Of a stretch of 64,000 nt of DNA, positions 9,358-20,457 are shown piece after piece. Below the pieces are notes generated by a model that had not been told where the DNA came from, did not search any database, and was given only the letters and a program-made list of their open reading frames with translations. The position numbers and the translations under genes were made by a program. This DNA is from Candidatus Accumulibacter similis. GTDB taxonomy: Bacteria; Pseudomonadota; Gammaproteobacteria; Burkholderiales; Rhodocyclaceae. How positions within the stretch are numbered: position 1 is the stretch's first letter; every line of letters starts with the position of its first letter. The stretch is from NCBI GenBank assembly GCA_013347225.1, contig CP054595.1, positions 1,916,415 to 1,980,414 of the forward strand, read 5' to 3'.

Positions 9358-9390
9358 GCCACTGCCCGCGCGAGCAGTTTCAGCGCTGCT

Positions 9391-9669
9391 TCAGGCGGGG
9401 AAGTTCTCGTCGAAGAAGCGGTGAATCTCGCGCTCGATCGTCGGTTTGAGGGCAAAGAGCAGGAATCCCAGGCGGATGTTGAGGGTGACCTCGCGCTCGT
9501 CGACCGCCAGATCTCCCGCGACACCGGGCCGCTTGAAGCGCATGACGTCACCGCTCCACGAATAGTTGAGGTCGAATTCGTCTTTCAACTCGGCCGCCAT
9601 GTGCTCGGCCGAGGCGCGTGCCTCGGTGAGGCTCTTGCCGTGGCGGCGGCGGATCATGATGTCGCTCAT
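9391..9669 (-). CDS. putative polyhydroxyalkanoic acid system protein (small PHA-associated family), 92 aa
   Basis: MSDIMIRRRHGKSLTEARASAEHMAAELKDEFDL...LGFLLFALKPTIEREI matches the small PHA-system family pattern as I recall it. Confidence 0.7.
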   Translation of the reverse strand: MSDIMIRRRHGKSLTEARASAEHMAAELKDEFDLNYSWSGDVMRFKRPGVAGDLAVDEREVTLNIRLGFLLFALKPTIEREIHRFFDENFPA

Positions 9670-9691
9670 GCGAAGGCTTCCTTGTGGCGGG

Positions 9692-10558
9692 TCAGTCGAT
9701 GTCGGTACAGAGTGTGCGAAAGGCGGCGAAGCGGCGAGGGTCGATTTCCCCGCGCGACAGTGCGGCCTGTACGCTGCAATCGGGTTCACGGTCGTGGCGG
9801 CAGTTCCGGAAGCGGCAACTGCCGAGCAGCGGGCGCAGCTCGACGAAGGCTTCGGCGATCTCGCTGGCCGACAGGTGGTGCAGCCCGAAAGCGGTCAGTC
9901 CGGGCGAGTCGATGAGTGCCGCTTGTGGGCTGGGGCGGTAGAGGCGTGCGTGCGTCGTCGTGTGCTTGCCGCCGTGCAGTGCGTGTGAAATCTCTCTGGT
10001 GCGGGCGCGGGCTGCTGGGATCAGGGCATTGATCAGCGTTGACTTGCCCATGCCGGATTGCCCGATCAGCAGGCTGAGGTGATGCGACAGGTGCGCCGCC
10101 AGTGGGCTGGCATCGTGGCGTGCCGCAAGCCTGAGCACACGGTAGCCGAGTCTCTCGTACGGCGCGAGGATGGCTGCCGCTGCCGCCAGGCGGTCTGCGA
10201 GATCGCACTTGTTGAGGACGATCAGGACGGCGATGCCTTGGCTTTCGGCGGCGACGATGCAACGGGTGATCAACTCGTCCGAGAATGGCGGGTCGGTCGC
10301 GACGACGATGACGATCTGCGTCACGTTCGCCGCGATGAGTTTCTCGCGGCCCGGGTCCGATCTATAGAGCAGGCTTTGTCTCGGTGTGAGCGACTCGATC
10401 ACTCCCTGTTCCGAGTCGAGCTGCTCGATCAATACGCCGTCGCCGCAGACCAGCTCGCTCTTCTTGCCACGCGGCACGCAGAGCACGGTTGTTCCATCGG
10501 CCAGCTCGACGCGATACTGTCGCCCGTGGGCGGCGACAACCGTTCCGCTTACCGTCAA
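9692..10558 (-). CDS. rsgA: ribosome small-subunit-dependent GTPase A
   Basis: It has the circularly permuted GTPase motifs NKCDL then GQSGMGKSTLINAL, and the C-terminal zinc motif CRFRNCRHDREPDC. The TTG start overlaps the upstream stop. Confidence 0.9.
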   Translation of the reverse strand: MTVSGTVVAAHGRQYRVELADGTTVLCVPRGKKSELVCGDGVLIEQLDSEQGVIESLTPRQSLLYRSDPGREKLIAANVTQIVIVVATDPPFSDELITRCIVAAESQGIAVLIVLNKCDLADRLAAAAAILAPYERLGYRVLRLAARHDASPLAAHLSHHLSLLIGQSGMGKSTLINALIPAARARTREISHALHGGKHTTTHARLYRPSPQAALIDSPGLTAFGLHHLSASEIAEAFVELRPLLGSCRFRNCRHDREPDCSVQAALSRGEIDPRRFAAFRTLCTDID

Positions 10559-10899
10559 ATTCTTGCCAGCGCCTCGACCTTGGCCGCGCAGACGAAATCA
10601 TTGCGCGACAGCCCGCCGACGTCGTGCGTGCTGTAGCGGACGATGACGCGGCCATAGCCGACCTCAAGGTCGGGGTGGTGGTTCTCGCGCTCCGCCAGTC
10701 CGGCGACCACATTGACGAAAAGGACTGCGGCGGTGTAGCTGCTGAAGCCGAACTCCTTTCGCAGAACGCCCGTCGCGTCAATCTGCCAGCCCGGAAGCTG
10801 GTCGAGCAACGCCGCCGCCTGCGGCGGGTCGATTGCGTGTTGCCTGCCGCGCAGCGGGTGGCAGTGTTCCGCTGCGAGATCCTGTTCGCCTGATTTCAC
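10555..10899 (-). CDS. 4a-hydroxytetrahydrobiopterin dehydratase (PCD/DCoH)
   Basis: The C-terminal part reads FGFSSYTAAVLFVNVVAGLAERENHHPDLEVGYGRVIVRYSTHD. The start is uncertain. I chose the GTG at 10899 because it avoids overlap with the upstream M48 gene. Confidence 0.7.
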   Translation of the reverse strand: MKSGEQDLAAEHCHPLRGRQHAIDPPQAAALLDQLPGWQIDATGVLRKEFGFSSYTAAVLFVNVVAGLAERENHHPDLEVGYGRVIVRYSTHDVGGLSRNDFVCAAKVEALARI

Positions 10900-10924
10900 A
10901 CCGTCTCCTCTTCGCCGGTCGTGT

Positions 10925-12163
10925 TCATGTTCGCTGCAGGCGCGCGATGCGCAGCGCAGCGGGTGGATGTGAGTCATAGAAGAGCGAGTGTAACGGGTCC
11001 GGGGTCAAGGTGGCCGCATTGTCTTCGTAGAGCTTCACCAGTGCCGCGACCAGCTCGCTGGCCGACGCGTTGGCCGCGGCGAAGCGATCGGCCTCGTACT
11101 CGTCGCGGCGTGACAGCAGGCTGAGCAAGGGTGTCAGCAGGAAAGTGAAGACCGGGCCGACGAGAAAGAAGAGCAGCAGTCCCAGGGCCGTGTTCTCGTC
11201 GCGCAGGCCAAGCCCGCGAAAGAACCATTCGGCGTCGATCAGTTGGCCGAGAACGGCAAGCATGGCGAGCGAGACGGCAAACAGCATGATCATCCGCTTG
11301 GCCACATGGCGGTGCCGGTAATGTCCGAGTTCGTGTGCCAGCACGGCTTCGACCTCGCCCGGTTGCAGACGGTTGAGCAGGGTGTCGAAAAAGACGATCC
11401 GCTTGCTGCGGCCAAAACCGGTGAAGTAGGCGTTGCCGTGGCTGGATCGCTTCGAGCCGTCCATGACGAAGAGCCCGGAACTGGCGAAGCCGCAACGCGC
11501 GAGAAGTGCCTCGATGCGCGTCCGGAGACGGGTGTCGTCGAGGGGCGAGAACCTGTTGAACAGAGGCGCAATCCAGGTCGGGTACACAAACAGCAGAAAG
11601 AGATTGAATGCGCACCAGAACAGCCAGACGTGGAACCACCACCACTGCCCCATCCGTTCCATCAGCCAGAGCACCGCGAGGAGCGCGGGGGTGCCGATGA
11701 CCAGTGCGAGCGCGGCCTGTCTGGCCAGGTCGGCGAGAAAGAGGGTCGCCGTCATCCGGTTGAAGCCAAAGCGTTCTTCGATGACGAACTGCCGGTAGAG
11801 CGTCAGCGGCAGGTCCGCCAAGGCCGAGATCAGGACAACGCTGAAGATCAGGGCAACGCCATAGGCCAAGCCGTCGAGGCGTGCTGACCAGAAGTCGTGG
11901 ATCGCTTGCAGGCCGCCGCCGAAAGTGAGCAGCAGCACGAGGCAAACCTCGACGACCAGGCAGACCCGGCCGAAGCGGCCACGCGCCAAAGTGTAGTCGG
12001 CGGCCTTTTGATGCGCCGGCAGTCCGATCCGACCGGCAAAGCCGGCGGGGACCGCCGCACGGTGTGCCATGACGCAGGCAGCCTGGCGTCGCGCCAGCCA
12101 GAGTCGGCAGCCACACACCAGCAGCAGGGCGGCGATGAAGGAAAGGGACAAGGCGTTTGGCAT
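10925..12163 (-). CDS. M48 family (Ste24/HtpX-like) zinc metallopeptidase, membrane
   Basis: It has multiple TM segments and the [10 protein letters not shown] (HExxH) motif. The second 400-aa track ORF in the other frame is rejected. Confidence 0.85.
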   Translation of the reverse strand: MPNALSLSFIAALLLVCGCRLWLARRQAACVMAHRAAVPAGFAGRIGLPAHQKAADYTLARGRFGRVCLVVEVCLVLLLTFGGGLQAIHDFWSARLDGLAYGVALIFSVVLISALADLPLTLYRQFVIEERFGFNRMTATLFLADLARQAALALVIGTPALLAVLWLMERMGQWWWFHVWLFWCAFNLFLLFVYPTWIAPLFNRFSPLDDTRLRTRIEALLARCGFASSGLFVMDGSKRSSHGNAYFTGFGRSKRIVFFDTLLNRLQPGEVEAVLAHELGHYRHRHVAKRMIMLFAVSLAMLAVLGQLIDAEWFFRGLGLRDENTALGLLLFFLVGPVFTFLLTPLLSLLSRRDEYEADRFAAANASASELVAALVKLYEDNAATLTPDPLHSLFYDSHPPAALRIARLQRT

Positions 12164-12207
12164 GCGATTGTGACACAATGGCGCTTTCGCGGTTCAGGTG
12201 GGATTAT

Positions 12208-12753
12208 ATGGCACAGGCCGAAAATCGCCTCGTCTGGCTGGACATGGAGATGACCGGGCTCGAGCCCGAGCGGGACCGCATCATCGAGCTGGCGATGGTC
12301 CTGACCGACGATCAACTGGTGACGATTGCCGAGTCGCCGGTGTGGGCGGTGCACCAGAGCGACGCCTGTCTCGGCGCGATGGACGAGTGGAACCGCAAGA
12401 CGCACGGTCGTTCGGGGTTGATCGAGCGGGTCAGGGCGTCGTTGCTTGACGAGGCGGCGGTCGAGGCGGCCGCGCTGGATTTTCTGCGCGCGCACGTGGC
12501 GCAGGGGGCGAGTCCGATGTGCGGCAACTCGGTGGGCCAGGATCGGCGCTTCATGTTGCGCTACATGCCGCAGCTGGAGGCATGGTTCCACTATCGCAAC
12601 CTCGACGTCAGCACGCTGAAGGAGCTTTGCCGACGCTGGAAACCGGATCTCGCCAGGGGTTTTGTCAAGAAGGCCGATCACACTGCGCTGGCCGACATCC
12701 GTGAATCAATTGGCGAACTGCAGTACTACCGCGAGCATTTCATCCGGTCGTAA
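12208..12753 (+). CDS. orn: oligoribonuclease
   Basis: The DEDDh exonuclease motifs [11 protein letters not shown] and [17 protein letters not shown] are present. Confidence 0.9.
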   Translation: MAQAENRLVWLDMEMTGLEPERDRIIELAMVLTDDQLVTIAESPVWAVHQSDACLGAMDEWNRKTHGRSGLIERVRASLLDEAAVEAAALDFLRAHVAQGASPMCGNSVGQDRRFMLRYMPQLEAWFHYRNLDVSTLKELCRRWKPDLARGFVKKADHTALADIRESIGELQYYREHFIRS

Positions 12754-12784
12754 CCAAAGGAGATCGCGGTTGCCTCGTGCCGCA

Positions 12785-14449
12785 TCAGGAGGCGCCTGCG
12801 GCGGCCCGGTTGCTGCCGCGCAGGTAGAGCTGCAACTTCTCGCTCTCGCGGCGATCGGTTGGACGCCCGCCCTGCCATATCTTGCGCCAGCCGCTTCCCG
12901 TCGTCAGGCCGCCGTCCCGGGGCGAACCATGCGTCAGGCGCAGCTCGCAGTTTCTGGCGGCAGGCGATGCCGCCGGCAGCGTGCGTATCCCCTCGAAGTA
13001 GTCGAGCGAGGCGAGCACGGGATCCCCCACGTTGACGCTCGCGATACACCCGTAGCTCGTTGGCAGGTTTCTGGCGAGTGACGCGGCCGGTTGTCGATAG
13101 GTCTTGATGTGGTCGATCCATGGCATCCAGAGCGCTGCCACCAGCAGCCAGAAGAGCGTCAGGCCGGCCATCCAGTGCATGATGCCGCGCATCGGGGAGC
13201 GGGCCGTGGTGACGATCAGCCAGCACCACGCGGCTGTCGCCAGCAGTGCGAAGCCGGCAGCGATGAGACTGAAGTGGGCGATGAAACCCGGCGCCAGCCG
13301 CAGCGACTGCCGGCCCAGGCTTGCCGGCCAGCCGAAGACGATGGCGCACCAGCCGAGCCAGGCGAGCAGCGCCAGGATACTGAAGGTGATCATGCCGAAC
13401 CAGTCGAACGCGTTGGCGGCGCCGCGTCGAAGCGAGCTGACTCCCGGCACTGCCAGCAGCACCAGCGGCGGTAGCAGCAGCAGCGCCGATGCGCTGCGGC
13501 CATCCAGCCAGAAGCTGATCGTCGGCAGGGCGAACAGCAGGGCGAAGATCGGCAGAGCAAGGGGTGTCCTGCGCAGGTGCCGACGTCTTGCCCACAGAGC
13601 CCAGGCGGCGAGCGGGAAAGCCGGCCATGCGTACCAGGGCAACATGAGCAGGAGGCGCAGCAGCCGTGACCAGGGTTGCGCCGTGCCGCCGAGCTGGCTC
13701 AACTCCGCGAGACCGAAGGCAGCCAGATATGCCGGGTCGCGGAGTGACAGGGCAAGGAGCCAGGCGGCGGCAGGAAGGGTGGCCAGCAGCAGGGAGGCCG
13801 CCAGCAGGATCACTGCATGTTGCCGGTTCTCGGCGCGCCAGGCGACGAGGGCTGCGACCGGCAGCAGGGGCAGCATTGCCGCCAGGCCGTTGGTCAGCAG
13901 GCCGAGGCCGAGGGCCGTGGCGAAGACGATGGCGCCACGGCGTGGCCGCCGATCGAGCTGTGTCAGCCCCCAGTAGGCGGCCGCATGCGCTGCCAGCGTC
14001 GCCAGCATCGGTTGCGCCTCGTGCGCATGGAAGAGGAAGCCGATACTGCCGGCCAGCAGCAGCGGCGCTGCTGGGGCCTCGCCGCGGCCGTGCAGTTCGC
14101 GGGCTGCGAGCAGAATGAAGGCAAGCGCCAGCAGGGTGCACACGCCGCTGGCGAGGCGGGCGCCATCATGCAGCGGCAGCAGCCAGGATGACAGGTAGCC
14201 GCTGCTCGCTGCCAGCCAGTAGTACAGGGGAGCGTCAGGATACGGACGGCCGGCGAGTCCCGGTGTCAGCCAGTTGCCGCTCGACAACATCTCGTGTACG
14301 ACGCCGATGGTCACGGCGTCGTCGTTCTTCCACGGGTCGTGGCCGATCAGGCCAGGCAGGACGTAAAGGGCGAGCAGGAGGGCGAGGCTCCAGCCGCTTG
14401 GCGGCAGGGTGAGGCCCCGGAAACGAGCCGGCTTCGCATGTTCCAGCAT
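12785..14449 (-). CDS. polytopic glycosyltransferase, family 39/ArnT-like
   Basis: It has about 12 predicted hydrophobic segments. The N-terminal loop GHDPWKNDDA resembles the GT-C/ArnT-PMT pattern. The family assignment is by resemblance only. Confidence 0.7.
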   Translation of the reverse strand: MLEHAKPARFRGLTLPPSGWSLALLLALYVLPGLIGHDPWKNDDAVTIGVVHEMLSSGNWLTPGLAGRPYPDAPLYYWLAASSGYLSSWLLPLHDGARLASGVCTLLALAFILLAARELHGRGEAPAAPLLLAGSIGFLFHAHEAQPMLATLAAHAAAYWGLTQLDRRPRRGAIVFATALGLGLLTNGLAAMLPLLPVAALVAWRAENRQHAVILLAASLLLATLPAAAWLLALSLRDPAYLAAFGLAELSQLGGTAQPWSRLLRLLLMLPWYAWPAFPLAAWALWARRRHLRRTPLALPIFALLFALPTISFWLDGRSASALLLLPPLVLLAVPGVSSLRRGAANAFDWFGMITFSILALLAWLGWCAIVFGWPASLGRQSLRLAPGFIAHFSLIAAGFALLATAAWCWLIVTTARSPMRGIMHWMAGLTLFWLLVAALWMPWIDHIKTYRQPAASLARNLPTSYGCIASVNVGDPVLASLDYFEGIRTLPAASPAARNCELRLTHGSPRDGGLTTGSGWRKIWQGGRPTDRRESEKLQLYLRGSNRAAAGAS

Positions 14450-14483
14450 CTGGGAGCTATGGCCGAAGGCGTGCGCCTGGCGG

Positions 14484-14513
14484 AAACGAAAAAGGCAGCC
14501 GGGGGGCTGCCTT
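14484..14513 (-). terminator. intrinsic terminator of rpmE
   Basis: On the minus strand the hairpin is AAGGCAGCC-cccc-GGCTGCCTT, followed by TTTCGTTTC. It lies about 25 nt after the rpmE stop. Confidence 0.6.
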
Positions 14514-14536
14514 ACTGGTCGACCCCGCCGTTCGAC

Positions 14537-14752
14537 CTAGGCCGTCTTGCGCATGGCGCCGTACTTCTGATTGAACTTCTCGACCCGACCCGCAGTATCG
14601 ATGATCTTCTGCTTGCCGGTATAGAAGGGATGGCAGGCCGAACAGACCTCGACGTGCAGTGCCTTTTTCATCGTCGATCGGGTGGTGAAGACGTTGCCGC
14701 AGGAGCAGGTCACCGTGATCTCGTTGTATGCAGGGTGGATCTTGTCTTTCAT
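14537..14752 (-). CDS. rpmE: 50S ribosomal protein L31
   Basis: [27 protein letters not shown]...[13 protein letters not shown] is a clear match. Confidence 0.95.
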   Translation of the reverse strand: MKDKIHPAYNEITVTCSCGNVFTTRSTMKKALHVEVCSACHPFYTGKQKIIDTAGRVEKFNQKYGAMRKTA

Positions 14753-14964
14753 CTGTTGTTCTTCCGGTACGTTGGAACTGGCGGGTCATCACGAATGGAC
14801 GCTGCCCGGGAGGTCGGGGTTCTCCGAGAGGCGGGATTATCAGCGATTTTTCCCCGATCTGCAATCTGCTGCTGCAACTCTGCGCAACTGCACATCCGGA
14901 CGCTGCGGTGCATCACCCCTGTACGGCAGAGGAGAATCCCGCCGCTGTCCGCTGTGGCAGATGG

Positions 14965-16221
<1,257 letters not shown>

Positions 16222-16418
16222 GTGCTGACGAGAGAGGAGGGAATGACCGAGCGGCCGCTCGCACGCAGATCAACCCGAGATATGCGCAAGAGGCCGAGAG
16301 AGGGCGGCTGGGATTGCTTGAAAAAGGAGAAGTCCTGAAGGCCCTGGGTTGGGCGGGGGGCTCTGAGCGGGAGACTCGTGTCTGCCCCCGGATCCTTCAG
16401 GCCGCGAGGGTAGCGGCT

Positions 16419-16745
16419 TCAGAGGTTGCTGTCAATGAACGTGACCAACTGCGCGCGCGACAGAGCGCCCACTTTCGTCGCCTCGACGTTGCCGTTCTTG
16501 AACAGCATCAGCGTCGGGATGCCGCGGATGCCATAGCTGGCCGGTGTCTTCTGATTGTCATCGATGTTCAGCTTGACGACTTTCAGGCGGCCCGCATAGT
16601 CGGTGGCGATGTCGTCGAGCAGCGGCGCAATCATCTTGCACGGGCCGCACCATTCTGCCCAGTAATCAACCAGAACCGGTTCTGTCGACTGCAACACGTC
16701 GGCAGTGAAGCTGTCGTCCGTGACATGATGGATGTGTTCGTTCAT
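16419..16745 (-). CDS. trxA: thioredoxin
   Basis: It is 108 aa with the WCGPC active site. Confidence 0.95.
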   Translation of the reverse strand: MNEHIHHVTDDSFTADVLQSTEPVLVDYWAEWCGPCKMIAPLLDDIATDYAGRLKVVKLNIDDNQKTPASYGIRGIPTLMLFKNGNVEATKVGALSRAQLVTFIDSNL

Positions 16746-16940
16746 TGAAAGCCTCTTGCGGGATCTTGGATCGGGAGCTTGGGGGAGCGGCGGCAGGGCT
16801 GCCCTGGGAGAGAACTCGACTCCGGTCGGCGAGCTTGGCAATGCTAGCGAAAAAATCTCGTCAAGGGAAGCCGTGCATCTGCCCCGACGGCTGCAATTAC
16901 GCTATAGTCCCCATCGTCTCATATCTCCAGAAGCGCGACC

Positions 16941-17264
16941 ATGGCGTACGTTGTTACCGAGAACTGTATCAAGTGCAAATTCACGGATTGCGTCGACGTT
17001 TGTCCGGTTGACTGCTTTCATGAAGGGCCGAACTTCCTGGTGATCGATCCCGAGGAGTGCATCGATTGCACCTTGTGCGTCCCGGAGTGTCCGGCTGAGG
17101 CGATCTTCGCCGAAGACGATGTGCCGCAGGCGCAGCGCGGGTTCATTGCGCTGAATGCCGAACTGTCGCAAGTCTGGCCGGTCATTGCCGAGCGTCGGGA
17201 AGCCTTGCCGGATGCCGACGAGTGGAACAACAAGCCGGACAAGTTGCAGCACCTCGAACGCTGA
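16941..17264 (+). CDS. fdxA: 7Fe ferredoxin (Azotobacter FdxA type)
   Basis: [26 protein letters not shown] and [12 protein letters not shown] are present, and the length of 107 aa fits. Confidence 0.93.
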   Translation: MAYVVTENCIKCKFTDCVDVCPVDCFHEGPNFLVIDPEECIDCTLCVPECPAEAIFAEDDVPQAQRGFIALNAELSQVWPVIAERREALPDADEWNNKPDKLQHLER

Positions 17265-17536
17265 ACGGGCTGCCGCTCGCGGCGGATGCCGGCGGGCTCG
17301 TGCGTATCGGCAATTGACGCTGACCAGGCGCGCCGTCAACGGATCCGTCGCCGGTCCGCCGCGGCAGCCGATGACCGGGACGCAGGCAGCGCCGCCACCT
17401 CAAAATCCTTTAGAATTGTCCGCGGCTGCGTTCATCGGGGCGCTCGTGTCTGGCAGGCAGGCAGGAGTGGCAGGACATCTGGTGGCCGGCATGGCGGCAG
17501 TCCCAATACAGAAGCGATAATCAAAGGAGGAGAACA

Positions 17537-19213
17537 GTGGAAAAGATCTGGCTGCAGAGCTATCAGAAGGGTGTGCCGGCCGAGGTGGACCTGAGCGAGT
17601 TCCAGTCGCTTGGCGAGTTGTTCGAGAAGAGCGTCGGCCAGTACCGCGATCGCGTCGCCTACATCAGCATGGGTGCACAGATGACCTACGGCGAACTCGA
17701 CAAGCTGTCGCGGGATTTTGCCGCCTATCTGCAGTCGGTTCTCAAGCTGCCCCAGGGCGCGCGCGTCGCGCTGATGATGCCGAATGTCCTGCAGTATCCG
17801 ATCTGCATCTTCGGCGCGCTGCGCGCTGGCTACGTCGTGGTCAATGTCAACCCGCTGTATACGCCGCGCGAACTCGAACACCAGTTGAAGGACTCAGGCG
17901 CCGAGGTGATCGTCATTCTCGAGAACTTCGCCGTGACGCTGGAGCAGGTGGTGGCCCGGACGCCACTGAAGCACATCGTCGTCGCTCGTCTCGGTGACAT
18001 GTTGCCCTTCCCCAAGGGGGCCGTCGTCAACTTCGTCGTCAAGTATGTCAAGAAGATGGTCCCCGCCTGGACGCTGACGCGGGCAGTGAATTTTCGTACG
18101 TCACTCGGCAAGGGCGCGTCCGCCGAACTGAAATCGGTTACCGTGCAGCAGGAGGATCTGGCCTTCCTGCAATATACGGGGGGCACCACGGGCGTTTCGA
18201 AAGGGGCGATGCTGATGCATCGAAACATCCTGGCGAACCTGGCGCAGGCGCACGCCTGGATCAAGCCGGCGCTTGGCGACGAACAGCACATGGTCGTTAC
18301 GGCACTGCCCCTTTATCACATCTTTGCTCTGACGGCAAACTGCTTCACCTTTTTCAAGATCGGCGCCAGCAACCTGCTGATTGCCAACCCGCGCGACATT
18401 CCCGGCTTTGTCGGCGAACTCGCCAAGCATCCCTTTACCGTCATTACTGGTGTCAACACGCTGTTCAATGCGCTGCTGAACAACGATGCCTTTTGCGCGC
18501 TCGACTTCGGCCACCTCAAAGTCACTCTCGGCGGTGGCATGGCGGTGCAGAAGGCGGTGGCGGAACGATGGAAGCAGGTTACCGGCAAGCCGCTGATCGA
18601 GGCTTACGGGCTCACCGAAACCTCCCCGGCAGCAACGATCAATCCACTCGACATGCCGGCGTACACCGGTGCCATTGGTGTTCCCATCTCGTCGACCGAG
18701 GTGGCCATTCGCAACGATGCGGGCATGGACGTGCCACTCGGCGAGCGTGGCGAACTGTGCATCCGTGGGCCGCAGGTGATGAAGGGCTACTACAACCGTC
18801 CGGAAGAAACCGCGAAGGTGATCATGCCGGACGGCTTCCTCCTCACCGGTGACATCGCCGTGATGGACGAAAAAGGCTTCGTGCGCATTGTTGACCGCAA
18901 GAAGGACATGATTCTTGTCTCCGGATTCAATGTTTACCCAAACGAGGTCGAGGACGTGGTGGCGCTGCACCCTGGAGTACTTGAGGTGGCCGCAGTCGGG
19001 GTGCCGCATGAGAAGTCCGGCGAGGTGGTGAAGGTCTTCGTGGTCAAGAAGGATCCGGCGCTGACCGCGGAGGTGCTGATCGCCCATTGCCGCGAGCATC
19101 TCACCGGCTACAAGGTTCCGGGTCAGGTCGAGTTTCGCAGCGAGCTGCCAAAGACCAACGTCGGCAAGATCCTGCGCCGCGAGTTGCGCGACGAAGCGAT
19201 CAAGAAGTCCTGA
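17537..19213 (+). CDS. fadD: long-chain-fatty-acid--CoA ligase
   Basis: The start is GTG after AAAGGAGGA. The AMP-binding motif [14 protein letters not shown] is present and the C-terminus has [10 protein letters not shown]. Confidence 0.9.
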   Translation: MEKIWLQSYQKGVPAEVDLSEFQSLGELFEKSVGQYRDRVAYISMGAQMTYGELDKLSRDFAAYLQSVLKLPQGARVALMMPNVLQYPICIFGALRAGYVVVNVNPLYTPRELEHQLKDSGAEVIVILENFAVTLEQVVARTPLKHIVVARLGDMLPFPKGAVVNFVVKYVKKMVPAWTLTRAVNFRTSLGKGASAELKSVTVQQEDLAFLQYTGGTTGVSKGAMLMHRNILANLAQAHAWIKPALGDEQHMVVTALPLYHIFALTANCFTFFKIGASNLLIANPRDIPGFVGELAKHPFTVITGVNTLFNALLNNDAFCALDFGHLKVTLGGGMAVQKAVAERWKQVTGKPLIEAYGLTETSPAATINPLDMPAYTGAIGVPISSTEVAIRNDAGMDVPLGERGELCIRGPQVMKGYYNRPEETAKVIMPDGFLLTGDIAVMDEKGFVRIVDRKKDMILVSGFNVYPNEVEDVVALHPGVLEVAAVGVPHEKSGEVVKVFVVKKDPALTAEVLIAHCREHLTGYKVPGQVEFRSELPKTNVGKILRRELRDEAIKKS

Positions 19214-19537
19214 CTCGTTGCGAAGAAGTCGTCACGAGCACGCCAGCAGGCAGGCGGCGCAGGCGGACGACGGGACACGTCACCCTTGTCCGGCGGACGG
19301 ACGCGAGGGCGCAGGGGCAGTTCGCGGCCTGCAGCGTCGGCGCGCCGGGGGTTGTCGGCCAAGCCGTGCAGGCAAGCCGACGTCAGCGTGCCGCGATGGA
19401 CGGTGCGCGTGGCTGCTGCTGCACGCCGAGTGGGGTCGAGCGTCCGCGGGTGATGAGAGTTGGCGGCGGACGGGCCGTGCTGTGCCGCTTGGCTGTGCGG
19501 CGAGTCTTGTCGCCAGCGCCGGCTGTTCGGCCCCCGG

Positions 19538-20155
19538 TCAATCCTTTGCCGATTGCTGCTGCCGGAGCACTTCCGCGGTGATCGGGTGCTTGTTCCGCGA
19601 GGCGTAGAACAGCGGCGTGTTGCCGCTCCTGTCCTTGCTCTTCGTGTCCGCGCCGCTGTCGATCAGCAGGCGCGCGACCCTGGGTTGGCCGGTTGCCGCC
19701 GCCAGGTGGAGCGGCGTCTGACCGGTCTCGGTGCGCGCATTGGCGTCAGCCTTTCTGGACAGCAACAGTTCAACTTCGAGTCTGCCGCCGGCGACGACCG
19801 CTGCATGCAGCGGTGTCATGCCGATGCGGTCGCGGGCTTCGATATTCGCACCCTTGGCGAGCAGCAGTTCGCTGGCTTTCGTGCGGCCGTAGAAGGCCGC
19901 CATGTGCAGGGCTGTCCTGCCCAGAGCGTCGCTGTCGTCGATCTCGGCACCTGCCTCGAGCTGTGCCCTGATCGCTCCCAAGTCACCACGAGCTGCGGCT
20001 GCGGCCAGCGGGGCTGCCGCCGTTGGCGGCTCCTCGACGCTGATGGCCGGTGGTGGCGTTGGGGTGCTGCCCTCGGGCTCGCGATTGCAGCCAGCCGTGG
20101 CGACGAGGAGCACGCAGATCAGCGATACGGCGGTGTGGGGAAAGGCTATCTTCAT
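19538..20155 (-). CDS. ankyrin-repeat protein with probable lipoprotein signal peptide
   Basis: The signal is MKIAFPHTAVSLICVLLVATAGC. About four ANK repeats follow (GRTALHMAAFYG, GMTPLHAAVVAG, GQTPLHLAAATG, GNTPLFYAS). Confidence 0.85.
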   Translation of the reverse strand: MKIAFPHTAVSLICVLLVATAGCNREPEGSTPTPPPAISVEEPPTAAAPLAAAAARGDLGAIRAQLEAGAEIDDSDALGRTALHMAAFYGRTKASELLLAKGANIEARDRIGMTPLHAAVVAGGRLEVELLLSRKADANARTETGQTPLHLAAATGQPRVARLLIDSGADTKSKDRSGNTPLFYASRNKHPITAEVLRQQQSAKD

Positions 20156-20457
20156 CTCACAAGGTTCCAGCCCGGTTCAAACGCACCTCTGCCGGCGATC
20201 CCGCCTGCAGCGCTGTCTTCTGCAGGAGCCGGCTGACGTGTCCGGGCGGGACGGCACAAGTCCGTCACCGTTCACGGGTTCGCAATCGGTGCCGCGAATC
20301 TTACCATCGCCGTGCCGGCCGCGCCTGTCGCCAGTCCGGGGCGTGCTTCCCGGGGGCATCGCCGACGGAGCGCCGCAGCCGCTGTCCGGGCAGATCTGGA
20401 GAAGCGGTGCCCGGCTTCGTTCATCTCCGTGCCCCGGTCCTGGCGAGCATTCGTCCC

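Noticed and set aside
10974-12176. 400-aa minus-strand ORF in a second frame over the M48 peptidase gene
   Set aside because: It lies on the same strand in a different frame. The M48 frame carries HExxH and TM helices. The alternative frame is Arg/Pro/Gly-rich and looks like nonsense.
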